Part shown: one piece after another, positions 39,346 to 48,146 of the stretch | Numbering within the stretch: position 1 is the first letter of the stretch | Layout: each line of letters opens with the position of its first letter | From: Poseidonia sp. | GTDB taxonomy: Archaea; Thermoplasmatota; Poseidoniia; Poseidoniales; Poseidoniaceae | Assembly: GCA_030827475.1 (NCBI GenBank) | Contig: JAUREJ010000003.1 | Location: 6,648 to 70,647 of the forward strand | Length of the DNA: 64,000 bases | Reading direction: 5' to 3' | Program-made: the position numbers and the translations under genes | The notes under the pieces: generated by a model | What the model saw: only the letters and a program-made list of their open reading frames with translations | The model's database searches: none | What the model was told of the DNA's origin: nothing

Positions 39346-39792
39346 TTGAACGTGGCTGACACCCCCGTTGACGGCATGGTTACGCTTCAAGAGCGTACCG
39401 TGAACTTGGTGAATCAGCTCAACATGCCTCTGGTTGAAGTGTCGCTGGTTCTTGCTCGTCATATCAATCGGCTCATGCAAACCTTGACCGAACATCTCGA
39501 TGCTACCGGCCAGTCCGTGAGCGACCGTGTCTCGCACCCATGGCCTGTGGAGGTTGAGGCGGCAGATTCTTCGTCAAATTTCCCGCTCGACAAGGTAATG
39601 GATATTGTCGACCAACAGCGAATGGACATTCTGGACACGCTGATTCGTGTCACTTTGGTTGAAATCAATGCCTCGGTCATTGACGCCTTGCTCGCGCTTC
39701 GGGCTTGGGAACATCTTGCTCGTACGCAGTTGGCGCTTGCGACCGGACCGGGACAATTGTTTTCTCCGTTGGAGATTCCAGAGGACTGGTGA
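39346..39792 (+). CDS. small acidic helical cytoplasmic protein, hypothetical; starts 8 nt after the giant gene's stop
   Basis: 148-aa ORF, no TM, compact genomic position suggests co-transcription. Confidence 0.5.
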   Translation: MNVADTPVDGMVTLQERTVNLVNQLNMPLVEVSLVLARHINRLMQTLTEHLDATGQSVSDRVSHPWPVEVEAADSSSNFPLDKVMDIVDQQRMDILDTLIRVTLVEINASVIDALLALRAWEHLARTQLALATGPGQLFSPLEIPEDW

Positions 39793-39829
39793 GCAAGGGC
39801 TTCAAAAACGAGGGCGGGGAGGTGGTGTC

Positions 39830-40618
39830 ATGACCCATGCTCGTCAAACAGCCCTGGTCCTCGTTACGCTGCTGCTGTTGGTGCCGTCCTCGGGGTGCTT
39901 GGGCGAAGATGGTTTGCGGGTTTTTCCCGAGAAGAAAGGTGTTCCAGGTGGGCTCACCTTGGCGTGTTTGCGGGATGGCTCCTTCACGTCGATGGTGATT
40001 GAGATCGATCATGCCCCCGGTTATCGACCGTACACCAGTTCAACGGACCTCTTGGTGGAGAGGTTGGAGCAAGTTTGTGAAAAACCCGGAGGTATTCGCA
40101 TTCAATACAACGAAGTCTCGTTTGTCGAACAGGCCTCATGGAGCGCCCAAGATGTTCGGGATGAAGGTTGGGAGAACAAAGACGTCTCTCCCATGGACGG
40201 GAACACGCTTCGATGGCAGATTCTTTTCCCAGAGGGGACTTACGAAGACGAGAGCGTTCTCGGCGTTGCCGTGGATGCATCGACCATGGCGCTTTTCAGC
40301 GATGCGATTGAGGAAGCCGACGGCTTGTTTGGACGCCCCTCTGTTGAAGACGTTGAAAACAGCGTCATCGTCCATGAGGCAGGGCACCTGCTCGGGCTGG
40401 TCAACCTCGTCTACACCTCTCCCGTGGACCATGAAGACCCGGATCATCCCGGTCATTCAAACAACGACGAATCCGTCATGTATTGGGCCATTGAATCCAC
40501 GGGACTGAGGAACTTCATCACGGGCGATCTACCCACGACGTTCGATGACGATGATTTGGCGGACCTTGCAGGATTGGCGAGCGGCGACATCCCTGTACGT
40601 GATCAACTCTGGCCTTGA
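39830..40618 (+). CDS. secreted zinc metalloprotease-like lipoprotein (signal + lipobox-like LVPSSGC; HEAGHLLGL zinc motif)
   Basis: HExxH with Gly at +3 after the second His; GGAGGTG Shine-Dalgarno-like sequence 5 nt upstream of the ATG at 39830. Confidence 0.65.
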   Translation: MTHARQTALVLVTLLLLVPSSGCLGEDGLRVFPEKKGVPGGLTLACLRDGSFTSMVIEIDHAPGYRPYTSSTDLLVERLEQVCEKPGGIRIQYNEVSFVEQASWSAQDVRDEGWENKDVSPMDGNTLRWQILFPEGTYEDESVLGVAVDASTMALFSDAIEEADGLFGRPSVEDVENSVIVHEAGHLLGLVNLVYTSPVDHEDPDHPGHSNNDESVMYWAIESTGLRNFITGDLPTTFDDDDLADLAGLASGDIPVRDQLWP

Positions 40619-40938
40619 CCCATTCCCGCAACGGCGTCTCGCCAGGCATCAAAGATGGACCAGAGATAAAGCAAAACCCAGAGAACGATGGTGAGGGCCA
40701 ACGGAATTTGCAACAAACTCCAATCGGTTGCACGTTGATGTTGTCGGTTGAAATGTTGGCCGAGGAACAAGAAGGGTACCGCAGCCAAAACGGCGGCGAT
40801 AAGCGGCCGAAGGGCGCCCCACATGCCCACGCCAAAGGTGATTTCACGCCAAATTTCCCGAAGGATTCTGGTGCCAAGAAACCCCCGTTCATTTGCGTTG
40901 GAATCAGGGCTAAGTTGGACCACCAATTCCTCTTCCAT
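40603..40938 (-). CDS. possible small 2-TM membrane protein
   Basis: 111-aa ORF with two hydrophobic helices in an otherwise uncovered 320-nt gap; competing ORFs on other frames look non-protein-like. Confidence 0.35.
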   Translation of the reverse strand: MEEELVVQLSPDSNANERGFLGTRILREIWREITFGVGMWGALRPLIAAVLAAVPFLFLGQHFNRQHQRATDWSLLQIPLALTIVLWVLLYLWSIFDAWRDAVAGMGQGQS

Positions 40939-41024
40939 GGCCCGTGGTCGTCGTGCTCATTTGTGAACTTGGCGCAAGGAAGCGGGGGGATTGGATGAAA
41001 AACCCCTGCCTTGATGGCCTTTCA

Positions 41025-42101
41025 ATGCCGGTCAAAACCGTTCTTGTCACGGGTTTTGAACCGTTTGGTGGTCATGCTGAGAACGTCAGTGCGGAAGTCG
41101 CAAGACGTTTGGGCGTCCTCACGGAAGTGGTGCACCCGTGGACGGGAGAACAGGTTCCAATATCGGTGACGACCGATATCTTGAGCGTTGACCGTACGGG
41201 TGCATGCAAAACAGCTGCGCGATTAAGAAACGGTGAGATGTACGATGCCGTCTTGCATCTCGGCCTTTGTGAACGATGCGAACATCCGCAAATCGAACGC
41301 CTCGCCAGGGACCGATTGGACATGCGCATTCCGGACAACATCGGGCGGCAGGTACGTGCTGGTAAGCTGGATGGTGGCGGAGATCGAGGCATATGGGTTG
41401 ACCCCTCCCTTTGGCCACGAAAAGCCTTCAACGTCCCCTATCACCTGTCAACCGACGCAGGGGCATACTTGTGCAACGAGACGTTTTTTGAATCGCTCAA
41501 AGCTCTCGGTGAATCTACGCAAAGGCCGTTGCCACCACCCTGTGTGTTTGTTCATCTCCCCGATGTTCACCGTTCACCGGTTGAAGCAAGCACGGAGTTT
41601 TCACAACAGGTGTTGACCTTCCTGCTCCATCCAACGCCAAATGTTCCCGTCCATGTTGTTGCTGGCTACCTTTCGGATGGATTGGGAAAGCACCTCGTTG
41701 CGAAACGAAGCGCGGGTGAATTGGACGCAGGAGAATGGGAATTTCCCGGAGGGAAACTTGAGGAGGGTGAATCTTGGACGGAGGCCATTGAGCGTGAACT
41801 CCGTGAAGAATTGGGTCTTGAAGTCACGGGTCGCCAACTTCTCGCCACGGTGGTGCGAGACGCTGGCAAGACCACGTATGCGGTGCATCTTGTGCGTTGC
41901 GATTGGTCCGGTGAAGTGGACCGTCTTGCCCTCGACGTCCACGATGCAGTCTCATGGGTGGACCTCACGGACAAAGGCCGCCGGTGGGCGGGGCGGGACG
42001 CTGAACTCCATTCACTGCTCTGCGACTTGACTCATAACCAGGTCGATGCGTCTCCGTCCTCGGTCATAGCCCGTTCATCGTTGATGGAGCGAGGGACTTG
42101 A
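41025..42101 (+). CDS. pcp: fusion protein: pyrrolidone-carboxylate peptidase (peptidase C15; VLVTGFEPFGG, active-site Cys context AGAYLCNE) + C-terminal NUDIX hydrolase (GGKLEEGESWTEAIERELREELGLEV)
   Basis: Both signature motifs present in one ORF; alternative starts at 40944/40995. Confidence 0.75.
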   Translation: MPVKTVLVTGFEPFGGHAENVSAEVARRLGVLTEVVHPWTGEQVPISVTTDILSVDRTGACKTAARLRNGEMYDAVLHLGLCERCEHPQIERLARDRLDMRIPDNIGRQVRAGKLDGGGDRGIWVDPSLWPRKAFNVPYHLSTDAGAYLCNETFFESLKALGESTQRPLPPPCVFVHLPDVHRSPVEASTEFSQQVLTFLLHPTPNVPVHVVAGYLSDGLGKHLVAKRSAGELDAGEWEFPGGKLEEGESWTEAIERELREELGLEVTGRQLLATVVRDAGKTTYAVHLVRCDWSGEVDRLALDVHDAVSWVDLTDKGRRWAGRDAELHSLLCDLTHNQVDASPSSVIARSSLMERGT

Positions 42102-42547
42102 CTTCGCCCGGGGTGCCAAGTTGCCGCTTGGAGCCATTCATCCAACCCGTTGCCCTCAATGGTGACGGTGAACACACCGCCAAGCGGGGCCTCGCCAGGT
42201 ATCGGGAACGCAATTTTTCCGGCGAGCGCCGCAAGTCGGGCGATGCTAAACTCGGTTTTGTCCCCTTGCATTCCTCTTGCCATGGTGTCCAAGGCCGTGT
42301 CGAGGATGCGCTGCTCGTGGAGCAACTGGAGGAAGGTTTTGAGCGAGACGTTCTCGAAAGACCAATCGAGGTTTGAGGCCTTACCAAAAACCGGTTCGGG
42401 GGTTTCTTGCGGTATTCCTGCATCGGGGAACACATTGAGGAGCGCGTTTCCCACTTGAACCGGAGAGTCAGCTCCCCGAAGTTGCGTTGAAACCAAGACG
42501 GAAAACCCCTCACCAACGCCACTTAGACGGAGTCGCTGGTCAACCAT
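42032..42547 (-). CDS. conserved-looking hypothetical protein (171 aa), convergent with a 70-nt 3' overlap on the Pcp-NUDIX gene
   Basis: Protein-like composition, while the alternative frames are low-complexity. Confidence 0.45.
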   Translation of the reverse strand: MVDQRLRLSGVGEGFSVLVSTQLRGADSPVQVGNALLNVFPDAGIPQETPEPVFGKASNLDWSFENVSLKTFLQLLHEQRILDTALDTMARGMQGDKTEFSIARLAALAGKIAFPIPGEAPLGGVFTVTIEGNGLDEWLQAATWHPGRSQVPRSINDERAMTEDGDASTWL

Positions 42548-42612
42548 GAGCCCGGGAGAGGACCGTAGGCCAAGAAGGTAGGGGTCAAGAGAAATTCGAG
42601 CGAAGGGGTGAA

Positions 42613-43674
42613 GTGAGCAGTGCCTACCCCAAGGGCATGAATGACGGACAGGGCCCTTCGGTGGCGACCGTCATTCCCGTTTACAACGAGGCGGAGCACA
42701 TTGAGTCCTGTCTCCACGGACTTGTCCATCAATCACTTTCTCCAACGGAACACATGATTCTCGTTCTCGACGGTGGTTCAACCGACGATACCGTGGCCAA
42801 GGTTGAAGCGTTGATGGACCGCTTTTCTGGGCCCGAATTTCCAACACTTCAACTGATGAAAAACCCCGAAAGAACCGTCCCACACGCACGAAACCTTGCC
42901 CTCGAGCATCTTCCCAAATCGGTGAAGTTCCTCGTTGAAATGATCGGCCACGCAGAGGTTCAATCCGACCATCTTGCAAAACGGTTGGACAGTTGGGACC
43001 GCTGCGCATCAATGACAACGCTTCCGCTCGGTGGGGTTGGTGTTCGGGTGGTGGCCTCCGAGAGGGAGGATGGCCCGGTTTCCAGGTGGATTGAGTCGGT
43101 GCTTGCTTCCAAGTTTGGTCAGAGCGGCGGTCAATTTAGCCCGTTCTCTCAAACGGAGCCAACCGATGTTCCGGCCTTCGTAATGCACGAACGCTCTGCA
43201 CTCGAGGCCGTGAGCGGATGGGACGCTTCCTTTGTCACAAGCCAGGACAGCGAACTTTCCATGCGGCTCCTGAAATCAGGCTACGCCCTCTACCGAACGC
43301 CAGAGCCCACCATCGCCATGCACAAGCGGGCCACGCTCGGACAATGGTGGCGCATGGGTCACCGGTACGGTTTTTGGCGAACCAAGGTGCTGATGCGTCA
43401 TCCACGTCGTGCCAAATGGCAGGAGTTCCTTCCTTGGTTTGGCCTCCTCGCAACGTTGGGATTGTTCCTCAACGGTGTTGAGTTTTGGTGGGCGCTGCCT
43501 TCCGCCTATGGAGGGTTGCTCATGGTTCTTGCCTCCCGCAACGCATTTGCACACCGTTCCTTTTCGAGCCTGTTCGGCGTTCCGCTCTGTTTCGTCATGC
43601 TGCACACGAGTTTTTCCATCGGTTTGCTGGACGGCCTGTTCCGCAAAGGGCGCCTGCCCCGTGACCGTGGTTGA
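42613..43674 (+). CDS. family-2 glycosyltransferase with C-terminal TM helices (dolichyl-phosphate sugar transferase-like, AglD/AglJ/DPM1-type)
   Basis: VIPVYNEAEHI ... ILVLDGGSTDDT N-terminal GT2 signature; hydrophobic C-terminal segments. Confidence 0.75.
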   Translation: MSSAYPKGMNDGQGPSVATVIPVYNEAEHIESCLHGLVHQSLSPTEHMILVLDGGSTDDTVAKVEALMDRFSGPEFPTLQLMKNPERTVPHARNLALEHLPKSVKFLVEMIGHAEVQSDHLAKRLDSWDRCASMTTLPLGGVGVRVVASEREDGPVSRWIESVLASKFGQSGGQFSPFSQTEPTDVPAFVMHERSALEAVSGWDASFVTSQDSELSMRLLKSGYALYRTPEPTIAMHKRATLGQWWRMGHRYGFWRTKVLMRHPRRAKWQEFLPWFGLLATLGLFLNGVEFWWALPSAYGGLLMVLASRNAFAHRSFSSLFGVPLCFVMLHTSFSIGLLDGLFRKGRLPRDRG

Positions 43675-43710
43675 GAACAACCACCCAATAGATACATCAG
43701 CGAAGGGGCA

Positions 43711-44664
43711 ATGAACGAGGCGAACATCATGGGTGAAACACGACGCATGACCTCTCGCGGTTTGAGCGTTCTGCCCTTGCTGCTGATGGGCGTCACCCAC
43801 CTCTCACTCCCCCCGCTGAAATCGATGTTTGACCTTGAGCCCCGTTTGATGTACGGCTATTACGGTCTTGCCCTCCTTCTTGGTGTTGTGCTTTTGCGAC
43901 GCTCAGGCGTTGTCAAAGACCACGAATACAACCGAGCAAAAGCCATGAAAAAAATCCGTCATGTCTACGAGGCTGAAGCCAGAGGGGTATGGGAGACCAA
44001 CGCCTCACTCAATGGCAATATGGACCCGAAAACACAGGGCAACCTGTCGAAGACCGTTGGCGAATTCTCCGCTGAGGGTGGTGAACTTGAACTTCCTGAC
44101 GATGAGCAGGTTGAGGTGAGAATGTTGTCGGAGGCGGCACATGTTGTCAAAGCAAACGCCCGAGTTTCCGGAGAAATCTCGCTTGACGATGACACCAGGG
44201 CAGCAACGGTTGGGGCAACCCGGAACGTTGGCCCCATGGACCGTTTTTTGGATGCCTTGTTCGGCCTTTTCGGTCGTGATAGCCGTGCTGAGCGCGAAGC
44301 GCAAAGGCGCCGTCGCCTTGAACAAGCGGCCTCATACGCCCCGGTGGTCGCGCAACGACCGGTCGCCCCTTTGCGGTTCAACAAAACCGATGACGCTAGT
44401 GAGGTGAACATGGTCTCGATGAGCGATGAAGGAGGTGTTGAGACCGTGATCTCTTCCACGGGTATGGAAAAAGAGGTCCCGCTTCTTGGTATATCGGAGG
44501 TTCAACCCAACCCAATGCAAGAATCTCTGGAGAGCATGGCCATGATGGGCCAAGTCCCATCGTCTTCCAACACCTTCTCGACAGCAGGTCCTCAATGCCG
44601 GGGATGTGGCTCGCCGGTCTCATCGACCGAACGGTTTTGCCCGCATTGCGGGTTGGACCTTTGA
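43711..44664 (+). CDS. membrane protein with N-terminal TM helices and C-terminal zinc-ribbon (CRGCGSPVSSTERFCPHCG)
   Basis: TM helices and C-x2-C-x11-C-x2-C at the extreme C-terminus. Confidence 0.55.
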   Translation: MNEANIMGETRRMTSRGLSVLPLLLMGVTHLSLPPLKSMFDLEPRLMYGYYGLALLLGVVLLRRSGVVKDHEYNRAKAMKKIRHVYEAEARGVWETNASLNGNMDPKTQGNLSKTVGEFSAEGGELELPDDEQVEVRMLSEAAHVVKANARVSGEISLDDDTRAATVGATRNVGPMDRFLDALFGLFGRDSRAEREAQRRRRLEQAASYAPVVAQRPVAPLRFNKTDDASEVNMVSMSDEGGVETVISSTGMEKEVPLLGISEVQPNPMQESLESMAMMGQVPSSSNTFSTAGPQCRGCGSPVSSTERFCPHCGLDL

Positions 44665-44720
44665 GGGAAAGCGTGAAGTTGAAAGCGGGCCCCTCATCGT
44701 AGCAAATGGAGACGAAGGTG

Positions 44721-45845
44721 ATGGCTGACAAACGGGACTATTACGAGGTCTTGGGCGTTGAGAAATCCGCTTCGCAAGCCGAACTCAAGAATGCCTTTCG
44801 TCGGCTCGCCCGGTTGTACCACCCGGACCGAAGCACCGAAGAGAACGCCGAAGACCGGTTCAAGGAAATTCAAGAAGCCTATGCGGTGCTTTCCGACGAT
44901 GAAAAACGCAGTCAGTACGACCGGTTTGGTCACAGCGGGCCCCAAGGAAATCCCTTCGGCGGATTTGGCGGTGGGTTCAACATCAACCTTGACGAAATTC
45001 TTGGAGGGGATTTTTTCTCCTCCTTCTTCGGTGGAAGCTCCGGTCGTCGCCCTCGGAGCCGCCGTGGTGCAGACATCTTGCTTCGTCATTCGATCAACCT
45101 CGAAGACGTGCTTAACGGAACTCAGCAGGAGGTTGTCCTTGACCTCCCAGAGCCTTGCACATCATGCGATGGAACGGGAGCAGAAGGCGGAGACCTGGTG
45201 ACGTGCTCAGCATGTTCTGGCCAAGGCCAGGTGCGTGTCCGCCAACAGGTCGGCCCATTCATTCAGGAATCCGTTCAGGCCTGCAACCCGTGCTCCGGTC
45301 GAGGTCGCGTGTCGGACCGCGCCTGCGAAGATTGCAACGGACGGGGCCAAGAACTCACGCCGAACACGCTTCGGTTTCAAGTCCCAGAGGGTGCAGAATC
45401 CGGTACACGATTGCGCATGCGAGGAAAGGGCGAACCTGCACCCCAGGGTTCGGGTGAACCCGGTGATTTGTTCATCGAGTTGGAAGTCGACCCCCATCCT
45501 TGGTTTGAGAGGAACGGTTCAGACCTCATCATGTCGCTTCCTCTTGGCTATGCTGACCTTCTTCTGGGTACGACGGTGACCTTGGACCATCTCGACGGAA
45601 AACCGCTTACAATCAAAATCCCTGCCCATTCCAATTCAGGCGAGACCGTTGAACTTCGAAAACGAGGATTGCCTCGTCAGCGCGGGACCGGACGTGGTGA
45701 TGTGGTCGTCCTGCTCAAATTGTACATGCCGAAAAAGGTCAGCAAGGCAGCGAGAAAGACGTTGGAATCGGTCCGAAGTGACCTGAGCCCGGACGACATC
45801 ACGAAGAGCATTCTCGACGATGCTTCTGAGCGTCGTCGCTCATGA
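44721..45845 (+). CDS. dnaJ: molecular chaperone DnaJ (J-domain HPD, four CxxCxGxG zinc-finger repeats)
   Basis: DYYEVLGV...YHPDR; CTSCDGTG, CSACSGQG, CNPCSGRG, CEDCNGRG. Confidence 0.9.
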   Translation: MADKRDYYEVLGVEKSASQAELKNAFRRLARLYHPDRSTEENAEDRFKEIQEAYAVLSDDEKRSQYDRFGHSGPQGNPFGGFGGGFNINLDEILGGDFFSSFFGGSSGRRPRSRRGADILLRHSINLEDVLNGTQQEVVLDLPEPCTSCDGTGAEGGDLVTCSACSGQGQVRVRQQVGPFIQESVQACNPCSGRGRVSDRACEDCNGRGQELTPNTLRFQVPEGAESGTRLRMRGKGEPAPQGSGEPGDLFIELEVDPHPWFERNGSDLIMSLPLGYADLLLGTTVTLDHLDGKPLTIKIPAHSNSGETVELRKRGLPRQRGTGRGDVVVLLKLYMPKKVSKAARKTLESVRSDLSPDDITKSILDDASERRRS

Positions 45846-48062
45846 GGTCTGACCGGTCCGTCGGACGCTTTCGGGCATTCGTGCAGCGAAGGGTTCCCCG
45901 CCGACTCGCCCGTTGAGTTCAACGTCGACGTGCTGTCCAGGTCCTTCAAGTTCAACGACCACATAAGCCCGGTGACCCTCGTGAAGTTGGTCCAAGAAAA
46001 GTTCCTCGCCTTGGTGCAAGAAGCGAGGCTCGACGTGGACGACCTCAAAGGCTCGACCTTCAGGGGCGTCAAAGCGCAGGGCAGCGAGTTCCCAAGCATC
46101 GGAGAGGATGTGAACGCCGACGACCAAGACCCAATTTCCTTCGGTTTTCGCAAGCCGAGTGTCAACCTGCCACACGGCCAAGGCGACGGATTCGGTGCGG
46201 TGTTCGAGCCGTTCCTCTCCCCAGGCATCCATGCCTTCCTGCCAGTCGAGTTGCGCGACCGCTTCCAGCACGTTTGAGAGGTCCGTTCGCGCTTCTTTCA
46301 CGCTCGTCTCACCGCTGTCAAGGCGTGCGGTGTACCATGCCAAGCGCTGTTTCTGTTCAGCAAGAACACGGGCAAACCGCTGGCTTCGCCGGAGTGTCAC
46401 GGTCAAATAGACAACGGGGAGGAGGAACAGAAAACCGAGGAACCAGCGAGCCACACCGCCCCAGAACACCGCATCGTCGCTTGGAGGAAACCACGGTTCT
46501 TCGCCCTCGTCGATCAGAGAGTATGCTGCCTGCACCGTGTAGGTGCGGGACTCGACATCTTCTCCCCAGAGATGGGGTGTGGCCTCGGAGGCGTTTTGGA
46601 AACGAAACTGGACAAAATGTGTACCTCGACCAACTTGCAGTCCGATGCTCAATGTATCGCCGACGGGTCGTGTAATGTCCGTGAGGAGAACTTCGCCGGT
46701 CTTTTGGTCAATGTCCCAGAGTTGGGCTTCCAACCCTTCCACATCTCCATCAAGGGTAAACTGGACAAAATGTATGGAGTCCAGCCAACCGTCCACCTCA
46801 AGCCGGTATGTGTCTGCAGTATCGTGAACGGCGAGGGTGAATTCACCGTTGGTGGTGCTGGTTAAGTTGAGGAGGGGCCAACTGGTGTTGTTCACTTCAA
46901 GGCTCGAGGGGCGATAAGCTGGGGCTTCCAAGCCATCCTTGTCAGCGAAGGACACGCGAAGCAGTTCGATGGAAAAGACGGAGGAGTTGAGGACATTGAG
47001 CCGACCAACGGTGGTCTCCGGGTAGGGGTGGACCGTCAAGGATTCTCCAGGACCTAAGACGGAGGGTGTGCCCTTGACCCAAGAATCGCTCATGAGCTGA
47101 TCGATTTGGACCGTCGCTCCGGAGAGTCGTGTATGGAGATGGAGCGCCTCAACATCGGGCCACGAAAAGAGCACTTCCCGGGTGTGGTGTCCGAGAACTT
47201 CCGCACCGTAGCGAAGGTCGGTATCGACAAGACTGAGTGTATCTGCAGCCGGATGAAGCATCACGTGTGCCGCCCACAACGCTCCAAGTTCCGGTGAGGA
47301 AAGGCGGGCGATGAAGCGGCCGTCCTCTTCCGCCGTCCACCATGCCGCATTGGGCGGTTGCCCGGCGAGTTCGCTGAAACCCGCATCGGCGGTGTGGATG
47401 GCGGCGTGGCTCTGCTCGGCGGTGTTGGATTGGTGGTACATCCGGACGCTGATCGCTCGGGTGGTGGCCAACCACTGCCACTCCACCGAGTCACCGGCCT
47501 GTACATCGATCACGATGTATTCGTCGTTGGTCGAATCGAGGTGGCCCGAGAGGCGGAAATCCAGATCCTGTGTGGACCCGATGCGAGATGCGAGGGTGCC
47601 TGTCTTGGCGTCCAGACAGGTTTCGACAGGATCACAGACGCCGATGGAAGCCGTGGTGGCGATTTCTCCCGGGGCTGGGCGAACGGTCGGATGCGCTTCG
47701 TCGATCGGCGCGACCACCATCATAGAGAGCGTATCTTCGGTGGAGCTGGTGACGGTGATGGTGACCTCGGTTGTGTCCGAAGCGGCGATGTTGAACGTGT
47801 TGAGTGCCCCTTCTTGGGTGGTGATGGCGTTACCTGTCACATCGACCGTACAAGCATCGCAATCCCAAGCCAGGAGGGCAAGTTCTCCAGCGTTCAAGGG
47901 AATGCGGCGTTCGTGAGGTGCCTCCGGGGAGATGTTCACCACGGTGATGCGACCGGGATCTTCAGTCGATGATTGAGCCAACGCATTGGTCATTGGATGA
48001 AAGCAAAAGGAAAGGAACAACAGGAGCAATGAGGTTCGCGCAACACCTGAAGTCCACCCCAT
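45840..48062 (-). CDS. single-pass surface protein: signal peptide, about 500-aa extracellular domain, TM helix (FLGFLFLLPVVYLTVTL+RRSQR), about 190-aa cytoplasmic domain
   Basis: Topology from hydrophobic segments. Confidence 0.6.
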   Translation of the reverse strand: MGWTSGVARTSLLLLFLSFCFHPMTNALAQSSTEDPGRITVVNISPEAPHERRIPLNAGELALLAWDCDACTVDVTGNAITTQEGALNTFNIAASDTTEVTITVTSSTEDTLSMMVVAPIDEAHPTVRPAPGEIATTASIGVCDPVETCLDAKTGTLASRIGSTQDLDFRLSGHLDSTNDEYIVIDVQAGDSVEWQWLATTRAISVRMYHQSNTAEQSHAAIHTADAGFSELAGQPPNAAWWTAEEDGRFIARLSSPELGALWAAHVMLHPAADTLSLVDTDLRYGAEVLGHHTREVLFSWPDVEALHLHTRLSGATVQIDQLMSDSWVKGTPSVLGPGESLTVHPYPETTVGRLNVLNSSVFSIELLRVSFADKDGLEAPAYRPSSLEVNNTSWPLLNLTSTTNGEFTLAVHDTADTYRLEVDGWLDSIHFVQFTLDGDVEGLEAQLWDIDQKTGEVLLTDITRPVGDTLSIGLQVGRGTHFVQFRFQNASEATPHLWGEDVESRTYTVQAAYSLIDEGEEPWFPPSDDAVFWGGVARWFLGFLFLLPVVYLTVTLRRSQRFARVLAEQKQRLAWYTARLDSGETSVKEARTDLSNVLEAVAQLDWQEGMDAWGEERLEHRTESVALAVWQVDTRLAKTEGNWVLVVGVHILSDAWELAALRFDAPEGRAFEVVHVEPRFLHQGEELFLDQLHEGHRAYVVVELEGPGQHVDVELNGRVGGEPFAARMPESVRRTGQTS

Positions 48063-48146
48063 GCCTTTGCGTGGGGGAGGAGTCTTTCAAATCCACCCCC
48101 TTCAAGGGTTCAAACCTTTCAAGAAGCGAAGGTCTCAGCACGGTTC

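Noticed and set aside
40518-40998. Competing ORFs 40518..40892- and 40615..40998+ in the 40.6-40.9 kb gap
   Set aside because: Low-complexity translations; only the 2-TM ORF 40603..40938- looks protein-like, and even that is low confidence
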